From Thermodesulfobacteriota bacterium (GTDB lineage Bacteria; Desulfobacterota; WTBG01; JAGOGO01), in NCBI GenBank assembly GCA_026625185.1, contig CP113000.1, forward strand, positions 1,905,622 through 1,937,621: DNA of 32,000 bases, read 5' to 3'. Below are positions 22,614-29,582 of the stretch, in pieces. The notes under the pieces were generated by a model. The model did not search any database and was not told where the DNA came from. It worked only from the letters and a program-made list of their open reading frames with translations. Positions within the stretch are counted from its first letter, which is position 1, and the number at the start of each line of letters is the position of its first letter. The position numbers and the translations under genes were made by a program.

Positions 22614-23456
22614 CTACGAGGGCCATGACATATAAATTTTGCAGACATGGTCATTAATAATTTCTTGAAAAAAAATCACTCCACCAAGAAATGGTATTTT
22701 AGTTTTGCATTCCTCCTCATTAGATGCAGTTAGTTTCCATAAACCACCACCGCTAAATCCTCCAAATTTTTTTACAAGTCCCTTGTTTTTATTATAATCA
22801 AAATTGATTTTTCTAAGGTCATAAGTTCCACAATCTTTTTTTTCTATCGGCTGGTCAATAAAATAACACTGGGGACTATACCTTATAAAGTATTCATAAC
22901 CTTTTCTCGCAGAAGGTTCCCTAATGGTAAGTTCATCTGGAAAACCACAAAGCGCCCAAATTCCTGAATTAAAATCTTGGTGATTCTTTAAAAATTTTGA
23001 CCGATGAATAGAAATATTAAAAAATGATTTTATGGCCTTTAAAGTATCTAATGCTTTACAGGACAAAATTTGTACAAGTCCAAGGTCAGGCCCTTCGGCA
23101 GTGTCAGAGGATTTAAAAACCTCAATTACCTCTAAACACATCTTTTCTATTATAAACCTTTCATAACGAGGTAGTTGAAGGTTGTTTTCACCAACCGCAC
23201 CTATACTAAGTCCTATTTCATCAAAATTTTTTATTTCCCGACTCACATGTTCCGCTGTGAGAATTCCATAGAAGCAATCGGTTTTAATTAAGGACCCTGT
23301 TCCCAATAAAGAAATTTTTTCATCCGGTTCCTTTTGGAGGATTCCGATTATTCCAACTGTATAAGTAAACAGTTCATTTGTAATAGCTGGGGCAAATGCA
23401 GATACAAAATCTTTTTGAGTTTTGTAAGCTGAATTCATAATAACCTTTTTAACCAC
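22614..23456 (-). CDS. Trypsin-fold (S1/Trypsin_2-like) serine peptidase without signal peptide
   Basis: 280 aa. His motif GTGSLIKTDCFYGILTAEHV, Asp motif GPDLGLVQI and Ser motif FGGFSGGGLW occur in the H-D-S order of chymotrypsin-fold proteases. No N-terminal hydrophobic signal. The track start is GTG; an ATG six codons downstream is also possible. Confidence 0.7.
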   Translation of the reverse strand: MVKKVIMNSAYKTQKDFVSAFAPAITNELFTYTVGIIGILQKEPDEKISLLGTGSLIKTDCFYGILTAEHVSREIKNFDEIGLSIGAVGENNLQLPRYERFIIEKMCLEVIEVFKSSDTAEGPDLGLVQILSCKALDTLKAIKSFFNISIHRSKFLKNHQDFNSGIWALCGFPDELTIREPSARKGYEYFIRYSPQCYFIDQPIEKKDCGTYDLRKINFDYNKNKGLVKKFGGFSGGGLWKLTASNEEECKTKIPFLGGVIFFQEIINDHVCKIYMSWPS

Positions 23457-23559
23457 ACCACTTGGTTGAAATAAGTATCAATTTCGTTATTCTACTTTCA
23501 CTCCTCCAAACATGGCGTTATGAAAATTAACCTTTCATCAACTAATGTCCAGAATCATT

Positions 23560-23961
23560 CTAAAAAATTCTATGGTTAATGTAAAAAACATGCATCTTAT
23601 CACGAAAGATTATGGCGGCAGGTGCGTGCCAACCTTCAGGATTCTCGTTCAACGCTTTCTCAAACATTGCTTTTATTTGCTCGATACTAAGTCCATCAAT
23701 GCATCTTCCTAACCAGGGCCCTTTAGGGTCTTTCTCGATATAGGTTGATTCGGCCATAATGCCATCCATCGCACCAGTTAACCATTTTATCCTGTCGTTG
23801 TCGTTTAATTTTAGGTAGTCGTTGCAAGTCAAATAGCCAAGCGTGATTCCGCTCGATTGGGCATGGGCCAAAAAGGTAACAAGGAACAGAAGAATCGTAA
23901 ATACAAAAGTAAAGCGAGATAACATTAAAGCGAACTTGAAACACCCTTTTCGTTTTTTCAT
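23560..23961 (-). CDS. Small secreted protein, Rap1a/Tai4-like (periplasmic immunity-protein-like) pattern
   Basis: Signal peptide ...FVFTILLFLVTFLAHA/QSS. The mature part has C..Y......R..W..G..DG and RCIDGLSIEQIKAMFEKALNENPEGWHAPAAIIF, resembling the C-terminal C.P.g.t..Q....v..yL..nPe..h..A motif of Rap1a-type proteins (from memory, unverified). Confidence 0.55.
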   Translation of the reverse strand: MKKRKGCFKFALMLSRFTFVFTILLFLVTFLAHAQSSGITLGYLTCNDYLKLNDNDRIKWLTGAMDGIMAESTYIEKDPKGPWLGRCIDGLSIEQIKAMFEKALNENPEGWHAPAAIIFRDKMHVFYINHRIF

Positions 23962-24188
23962 TTTATTCTCTCCTTTCTCTAATTAGCCGTGGCGTTTTTC
24001 CTTTAATGGCTAACCCTCCATAAAAAAACCCGAATACCTGTCAGCGTCCGATAAGGAACGCCCATACCCCACGGGAAAGAGAATCCTCTGGTATTTTTTT
24101 CCAATAAAAAACCTCTAACGTGGGTAAAAAACCGCTTATCGTGTTTTGACATTTTTATTTTGTGTGTTCTATCCTTTCATGTCAATAT

Positions 24189-24306
24189 TTAAGGGTTCCT
24201 CTAAAATGTCATTCCTGAGAGGGGCAGAAATCAAGAACCAATCGAAATTACTGGACTCCCGCCTTCGCGAGAGTGACAAACAGGGAATTATTAGAGGTAC
24301 CCTTAA
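24189..24306. repeat. Nested-palindrome MITE/REP-like element (about 118 bp)
   Basis: Terminal inverted repeats TTAAGGGTTCCTCTAA / TTAGAGGTACCCTTAA match 15/16. Inner imperfect inverted pair GTCATTCCTGAGAGGGGCAGAAATC / GGACTCCCGCCTTCGCGAGAGTGAC. Track ORFs across it translate to ...LDSRLRESDK... and ...SLSRRRESS..., the peptide signatures of a widespread bacterial palindromic repeat (LDSRLRGND / RRRESS type). Confidence 0.65.
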
Positions 24307-24394
24307 AACGGAGGGCGTGTATTCGCCTACGCCGTCGGGATAACCGAAAACAGTCAATGGTGTGCCCTCAGTGATACTTTTTTGCAATAGATAG

Positions 24395-25141
24395 TCACCG
24401 CTTATTTTTTTGCAAGCCATCCTTGGGCTTTGTTTTCCTATCCGTGAGGATTTGGTCCACCTGTCTTTGGACTTCTTCTATTTTTTCTTGCGGCCACGGG
24501 GTTTCCTGTTTTAATTGTGGATCCAAAGTATTTTCCGGGCTGAACTGTTGAAGCAGTAATTTGTCTATGGGATATAAATCTTCAGCTACTCGATAAATAT
24601 CTTCTTCGGTTAACATTTCGGGAACCACCGTGATACGAAATATCTTTTCGACCGGGCTTTTTCGGATCAGGTCAATGCTTTTTTTGATTGCCTTGAGATC
24701 AACCGGGACCCCGGTTAATCGAGCATAAGAAATCTCTTCCAAAGGCGCTTTAACATCCATGGCGATGGCATCTACTAAATTTTCTTTCAAAAGGGTCTCG
24801 ATCATGTGGGGATTACTCCCATTGGTATCGAGCTTCACCAAAAGATTTCTCTTTTTGAATATCCGGATAAAATCAGGAAGGGTTGCCTGGAGCGTGGGTT
24901 CGCCGCCGGTGATACAGACCCCGTCAATCCAGTCCTTAAGCTCTTTCATCCGTTGAAGCGCTTCCGGTAATGGCCAGGTTTTTAAACATTGAGGGTTAAG
25001 AACTAAGGTAACGTTTTGGCAAAAGGGGCAACGAAAATTGCAGGAGGGAAGAAAAATCACTGAAGCGATCTTGCCGGGCCAATCCAAAAAAGACGTTTCT
25101 AAAAAACCTTTGATGGGGATACTGTTTTCATGACGTGCCAT
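24395..25141 (-). CDS. nrdG: Anaerobic ribonucleoside-triphosphate reductase activating protein (radical SAM)
   Basis: 248 aa. Radical-SAM cluster motif SCNFRCPFCQN and CITGGEPTL. It sits in the nrdD operon. Confidence 0.9.
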   Translation of the reverse strand: MARHENSIPIKGFLETSFLDWPGKIASVIFLPSCNFRCPFCQNVTLVLNPQCLKTWPLPEALQRMKELKDWIDGVCITGGEPTLQATLPDFIRIFKKRNLLVKLDTNGSNPHMIETLLKENLVDAIAMDVKAPLEEISYARLTGVPVDLKAIKKSIDLIRKSPVEKIFRITVVPEMLTEEDIYRVAEDLYPIDKLLLQQFSPENTLDPQLKQETPWPQEKIEEVQRQVDQILTDRKTKPKDGLQKNKR

Positions 25142-25170
25142 AGCATGGGCTGACAGAGGACTTAAAGTGT

Positions 25171-25206
25171 AAAAAAAACTCGAAGGGGGAATATCATTCC
25201 CCCTTC
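25171..25206 (-). terminator. Strong intrinsic terminator between the glutaredoxin-like gene and nrdG
   Basis: 11-bp perfect stem GAAGGGGGAAT / ATTCCCCCTTC with a 3-nt loop. On the minus strand it is followed by GAG + TTTTTTTT. Confidence 0.65.
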
Positions 25207-25269
25207 AAACAAAGGAGGGGTTGAGAACAAATCCCTTGACCGAAAAAATCCGGTTAAGAGATGGAAGAA

Positions 25270-25539
25270 CTATTGGTAATATCGGGAAATCGCTTTTTTT
25301 ACCTCCAAGGGAGTAGGAACCTGTCCTGAATAAGAGGCAATGGAATTTTCTTCTTCATCTTCAATAATCATGGTCGGGGTTGACTTAACACCATAATAGG
25401 AAGCCTCAGCAAGACCATCAGCAGTATCGAGGTTATAATCATCAACAACCAATCCATCCTGCTTCAGCATCCCTCCGATAATCTTAGCGTTGCCGCACAA
25501 GGGGCACTCAGCTTTCCAAAATAGTTTTACTTTTCCCAT
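25270..25539 (-). CDS. Glutaredoxin/NrdH-like thioredoxin-fold protein
   Basis: 89 aa. N-terminal redox motif KLFWKAECPLCGNAK; later STPTMII (cis-Pro region). Strong RBS GGAAGGAGGAGAG. It lies between nrdD and nrdG. Confidence 0.8.
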   Translation of the reverse strand: MGKVKLFWKAECPLCGNAKIIGGMLKQDGLVVDDYNLDTADGLAEASYYGVKSTPTMIIEDEEENSIASYSGQVPTPLEVKKAISRYYQ

Positions 25540-25657
25540 CTTCTCTCCTCCTTCCTCGCTCTAATGGAAAAATTTAAGCTACTTTTACCCGGTTAGAAAA
25601 ATCTCACTTCCCCGGTAGAATATCAAAAAATTATTTTTAGCCCTTTTCACACCGGAT

Positions 25658-27820
25658 TTATTCAGCGTTTGAAACTTTTCTAACCGGAATTACTTTTTGG
25701 TCTAACGCCTCAGAAAAATATTCTTGGTTTCGGTACCGGTCATGGAGTTCACCGATTTTCCCTTTGTTCCAGCTTGAAATCTTGGTGAAATATCCGGTAA
25801 TCCGCGTTATACCTTCTACCTTTTGGGAACCGCAATAGCTGCACCGATCCTTGAGTCCTCGTTCGGTTTTGCCGCAGTCATTACAGTTGGTGAATTCAGG
25901 TGAAAAGGCGATCTGGTCATTGGTGGTGTGCCGAAAGGTTTTTAAGACAAAATTAGCCAAGGATTCTTTTGCTGGGCGTTTTTCGCCCAGCCAGATGTGG
26001 GTGAGCGCTCCTGCCTCAATGAGGGGATGGAAAAGGCCTTCTTTTCGAACTCTTTCGATAGGGTTAATGGGAATTGATACCGGAAGATAGGTGGAATTGG
26101 TATAGTAAACCTCATTGCGCTCTAAATTACCCTTTACGACCCGGTGAGCTTCCGGATAGAAGTGTTCGAGATCCAGCTTGGCAAACCGATAGGCAGTGCT
26201 TTCCGCCGGTGTCTGCTCCAAGACAAATTTCATGTGATGTTTTTCCGATAATTTTTTCGCCACCAAGTGCATATGCGCAATCACTTTAAGGGCAAATTTC
26301 AGGGTGTCCTTCGAAGCATATAATTCATTACCAGTATGAAACTGGACCAGCTCATTGAGTCCCAACATTCCGATAAGGAATGAGGCCCGATTCATCTTGA
26401 GGTAGGGGTTGCCATCTTTATTCATCGTAAGCAAGGCCAAAGGACCTTTTTCACCTATGGATAAAAGTTTTTCGATAAAAACTTTTTTCTGCTCATGGGC
26501 TTTTACCGCCAGTGCCATGGCGTCAGAGATTCGAGAAAATAAAACCGTATCATCCTGATTGCTTCGGTAACCGAGCCGGGGGAGGTTAAGAGTTACATTT
26601 TGAAGGGCGCAATATCGCATTCTCCAAGGCTCCCGGGCGTCAGCAAAGTCTTGGGCTTCGAGTTTAAAGCTCAGTCGGCAGCATTCGGAAATTTTTGCCG
26701 TACTCCCACGGTCTAAAACAAAATAGGTATTTCCTTTTTCACTGGCAACATCGCAAATATGGTTGAGAAAATTATTATGTCCCTCGGTTTGGAAAAATTT
26801 CTCGGTAATATGGACCAGCGGTTTAGGAAAAAAGAAAGGCCGGCCGGTTCCGTCCCCCCCCTTGTAAACGTTAAAAAGAGCCCCTGCAAATCTTTGTGCT
26901 TCGGAAAGGTATTCGGCATAGGTTTTACCGGTAAAATCACCTCCCGGGCCAATTGCCGGAACATCTTCAAAGTGTTTCGGAACTTCCCAATAAATATTAA
27001 TATCACTAAAAATGGCTTGTCCGCCACGGGCCACTGCCTGCTGAGAAAATTCAAAAATAAGCATCTGAGCGAGTTGTTCAATCTCTCGATCGCTCATCCC
27101 CACTAAATAGGGAGCAAAAAAGAGGTTAACGGCGTCCCAGCCGATCGCTCCTGCGAAATTGCTTTGGAGAGCGGCGGCAAATTTAACCATATGGGCTAAA
27201 AGCACTTCCGGATGTTTGGCGGGTTTGGCGTTGGAGAGAGAATTCGGGAGGTTTAAACCAAACTTTTTAATATATTCCAATGACTGTCCTGAACAGTAGG
27301 GCCGGTCAATAAAACCCAAGTCATGAAGGTGCAGGTCTCCTCGCAGATGCGCATCCGCAATATCCTGGGAAAAAACACTGAGGAGGGCGTATTCTTTTTT
27401 TATCCCTTCCGCTAAAGTTAAGTTCGTAGCTTCGGGCCCATGAGGAACATTGGCATTTTCTTTGTTGGGATGAAGAATGAGCTGATCCACATCATAAATC
27501 GGCAAACCGATTCGGGTATGCATCATCCGGGTTTGTTCCAGCCCCTTTTCAATAAGTTTGGCATTTACCAATTCCCGGATAAGGGGAGCGGTAATCACTT
27601 TGGTCTTGGAGTTAAGGATCATTTCTTCAACCTCAGCGCTTACCTTTTCCGCGGTATCACCGTCAATATAGGTCTCCCTCACCAGAGCGTCGACAATTTT
27701 CTGCCGATTCCAGGAACTGACATCTTCACTGGAAGTCCGCACAAAAAGGGCTATGTCAGTGGTTTCACTGCCCGATAAAGTATAAGGTTTTTCCGGTTTG
27801 ATTTCTTGTAGATGTGCCAT
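25658..27820 (-). CDS. nrdD: Anaerobic (class III) ribonucleoside-triphosphate reductase with N-terminal ATP-cone
   Basis: ATP-cone (SWNRQKIVDALVRETYIDGDTAEKVSAEVE...). C-terminal Zn-ribbon CNDCGKTERGLKDRCSYCGS and glycyl-radical motif TRITGYFTK. ATG 27820 is preferred (GGGAGG 5 nt upstream) over the track start at 27910. Confidence 0.93.
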   Translation of the reverse strand: MAHLQEIKPEKPYTLSGSETTDIALFVRTSSEDVSSWNRQKIVDALVRETYIDGDTAEKVSAEVEEMILNSKTKVITAPLIRELVNAKLIEKGLEQTRMMHTRIGLPIYDVDQLILHPNKENANVPHGPEATNLTLAEGIKKEYALLSVFSQDIADAHLRGDLHLHDLGFIDRPYCSGQSLEYIKKFGLNLPNSLSNAKPAKHPEVLLAHMVKFAAALQSNFAGAIGWDAVNLFFAPYLVGMSDREIEQLAQMLIFEFSQQAVARGGQAIFSDINIYWEVPKHFEDVPAIGPGGDFTGKTYAEYLSEAQRFAGALFNVYKGGDGTGRPFFFPKPLVHITEKFFQTEGHNNFLNHICDVASEKGNTYFVLDRGSTAKISECCRLSFKLEAQDFADAREPWRMRYCALQNVTLNLPRLGYRSNQDDTVLFSRISDAMALAVKAHEQKKVFIEKLLSIGEKGPLALLTMNKDGNPYLKMNRASFLIGMLGLNELVQFHTGNELYASKDTLKFALKVIAHMHLVAKKLSEKHHMKFVLEQTPAESTAYRFAKLDLEHFYPEAHRVVKGNLERNEVYYTNSTYLPVSIPINPIERVRKEGLFHPLIEAGALTHIWLGEKRPAKESLANFVLKTFRHTTNDQIAFSPEFTNCNDCGKTERGLKDRCSYCGSQKVEGITRITGYFTKISSWNKGKIGELHDRYRNQEYFSEALDQKVIPVRKVSNAE

Positions 27821-27856
27821 AGTCCTCCCTAACCTCCTAAAACGGTTTGCCTTTAT

Positions 27857-27910
27857 TCTCCTCATATTGTGGATGAATATTATTTGACCACAAGATATTG
27901 GGTGTGTCAA
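27857..27910 (-). promoter_or_regulatory. nrdD promoter with two NrdR-box-like palindromes
   Basis: Minus strand TTGACA (27910-27905), 17 nt, TCAAAT. Box B CCACAAGATATTGGGT (about 27888-27903) matches the recalled NrdR consensus acaCwAtATaTwGtgt at 13/16 and fills the -35/-10 spacer. Box A (about 27857-27872, ...CATATTGTGG) matches about 10/16. Centre-to-centre spacing is 31 bp. Confidence 0.45.
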
Positions 27911-28110
27911 GTGAAATTTGGAAGTAAAAAAATTTTTATTTCTTGCGGAAAATGGTTTAAAGTTGTAGAGTTTTTTCAGTGGGATGAAAAATTTTTGCCC
28001 GGAGTTTGAAAATTTTTTTATTTTACCTTTAGGGCCGCAAAAATCCGGGTCTTGTTATAAAAAATAGAAGTAATTATCAGTGGTTAATTAAAATGAAGGG
28101 GGGATGATCA

Positions 28111-28305
28111 ATGAAAAGAGACGACAACGAAAGAATTGTTTACTCGATAAATGTGAGTGATATTCAGCAAGTCGCCAACGAAGTTCTTGACCGCGACCTC
28201 ACCAAGAAAGAAATTCGGTTAGTTGAAAACTCAATCGGTGATAATATTGATTGGTTCCAGGCAATTGAGGATGCCATTCTCAAAAACATCACCCAAGAAT
28301 CCTGA
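28111..28305 (+). CDS. Hypothetical acidic 64-aa protein
   Basis: ATG preceded by AAGGGGGGA 7 nt upstream. Product MKRDDNERIVYSINVSDIQQVANEVLDRDLTKKEIRLVENSIGDNIDWFQAIEDAILKNITQES is predicted helical with no recognised family. Divergent from nrdD. Confidence 0.5.
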   Translation: MKRDDNERIVYSINVSDIQQVANEVLDRDLTKKEIRLVENSIGDNIDWFQAIEDAILKNITQES

Positions 28306-28601
28306 AGCTGAATTAACGCTAAAAAAGAGGGGCTTTATGGTTGATGAGAATAAAAAATAAGGCCGCATTGCCGAAAAAAGGGTAAAGGGTATTTTTTGTT
28401 TTTGCATTTGCTTCTCTTTTGGGTTTTTCCCCTTGCTTTTTAAAACTTTTCCCGCATAGGTAAGTTCCCCGGGACATTCATAAGACTATAACATTCTTAC
28501 CAACCGCGCTTTATGCCGATTTTAAATTTTTCAATCTTCGTACGCAAAAATGTTTGGTTTGGTGGGTTTCGTTTTGAATGTGGTTGGAAAAATAAATGTG
28601 G

Positions 28602-28630
28602 TTGACTTTTTAGAAGTGATTCTTTATGTT
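28602..28630 (+). promoter_or_regulatory. Possible sigma-70 promoter of thi4
   Basis: TTGACT, 17 nt, TATGTT, about 95 nt upstream of ATG 28724. Confidence 0.4.
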
Positions 28631-28723
28631 CTAACTCTCCTTTAAAAAATACAACCCCTCTAACTCCCTTTTTAGGGGAGGATTTTATTATTTTTTATTA
28701 ATTTTTGCAGAAAGAGAATCCGG

Positions 28724-29500
28724 ATGTTAGATGAAATAGTCATAACCCAGGCAATCGTTGACCGGTATTTTAAAAAGTTTCGGGATAATTTGCAGGTTGA
28801 TGCCGCGATTGCCGGCGGCGGTCCGGCGGGACTGACGGCGGCTTATTATTTGGCGAAAAGAAAAGTCAAGGTTGCGGTTTATGAAAAAAAACTTTCCATC
28901 GGCGGTGGGATGTGGGGCGGGGGGATGATGTTCAATGAAATCGTGGTGCAGGAAGAAGCAAAAAAAATCCTTGACGAGATGGGGATACGAGCTGAAATTT
29001 ATCAGAAAAATTATTATACTGCCGACTCGGTGGAGGCAATTTCCACGCTCACTTCCCAGGCAGTTAAAGCCGGAGCGACCATTTTTAACTGCATTAGCGT
29101 GGAAGATGTCAAGCTCACCAACGATAAGGTGACCGGGCTGGTGATTAACTGGAGCGCAGTTGAAATAGCCGGACTCCATGTTGACCCCCTGACCATTGGA
29201 TCAAAGTTTTTGATTGAAGCAACCGGTCACGGGCTTGAAGTTTTAAAGATTATTGAAAGAAAGAGCGGAAAGTTGTTGCTTACCAAAACCGGAAAGATCA
29301 TGGGGGAAAGGTCCATGAATGCCGAGATTGCCGAGACCATGACCCTTAAAAACACCAAAGAGGTTTATCCCAATGTCTATGTGGCCGGAATGTCGGCTAA
29401 TGCCGCGTTTGGCTCCTACCGGATGGGCCCTATTTTTGGGGGAATGCTTCTTTCCGGGAAAAAAGTCGCGGAACTTATTTTAAAGAGGTTGAAAAAATAA
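28724..29500 (+). CDS. thi4: Thiazole synthase Thi4 (archaeal/bacterial non-Cys, sulfide-dependent type)
   Basis: 258 aa. FAD/NAD-fold motif [52 protein letters not shown] and [18 protein letters not shown], closely following the Methanocaldococcus-type Thi4 pattern. Confidence 0.9.
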   Translation: MLDEIVITQAIVDRYFKKFRDNLQVDAAIAGGGPAGLTAAYYLAKRKVKVAVYEKKLSIGGGMWGGGMMFNEIVVQEEAKKILDEMGIRAEIYQKNYYTADSVEAISTLTSQAVKAGATIFNCISVEDVKLTNDKVTGLVINWSAVEIAGLHVDPLTIGSKFLIEATGHGLEVLKIIERKSGKLLLTKTGKIMGERSMNAEIAETMTLKNTKEVYPNVYVAGMSANAAFGSYRMGPIFGGMLLSGKKVAELILKRLKK

Positions 29501-29557
29501 ACTGCGTCCGGATTGCATCCGGCGCTAAAAATTACAGGTGATACGAAACAACCATGT

Positions 29558-29581
29558 AGGGGCGATCGGCCGGTCGCCCCT
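29558..29581. terminator. GC-rich hairpin between convergent thi4 and trpA
   Basis: AGGGGCGA-tcggccgg-TCGCCCCT (8-bp perfect stem) immediately beyond the trpA stop. A second hairpin GCGTCCGGA..TCCGGCGC at about 29505-29526 has a minus-strand U-run. The pair probably acts as a bidirectional termination region. Confidence 0.5.
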
Positions 29582-29582
29582 G

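Noticed and set aside
24146-24420. ORFs 24146..24343 (+) and 24169..24420 (-) as protein-coding genes
   Set aside because: Both are translations of the palindromic repeat element (LDSRLRESDK / SLSRRRESS signatures). They overlap each other completely, and the minus one also overlaps the nrdG 3' end.
28306-28723. TPP riboswitch upstream of thi4
   Set aside because: One is expected on biological grounds, but I could not find the conserved CUGAGA / ACCUGAUCUGGAUAAUGCCAGCG-like core on either strand by eye. This needs an Infernal scan to be certain.
28727-29179. 150-aa minus-strand ORF inside thi4
   Set aside because: It is antisense to a highly conserved thi4 and has no motifs or RBS.
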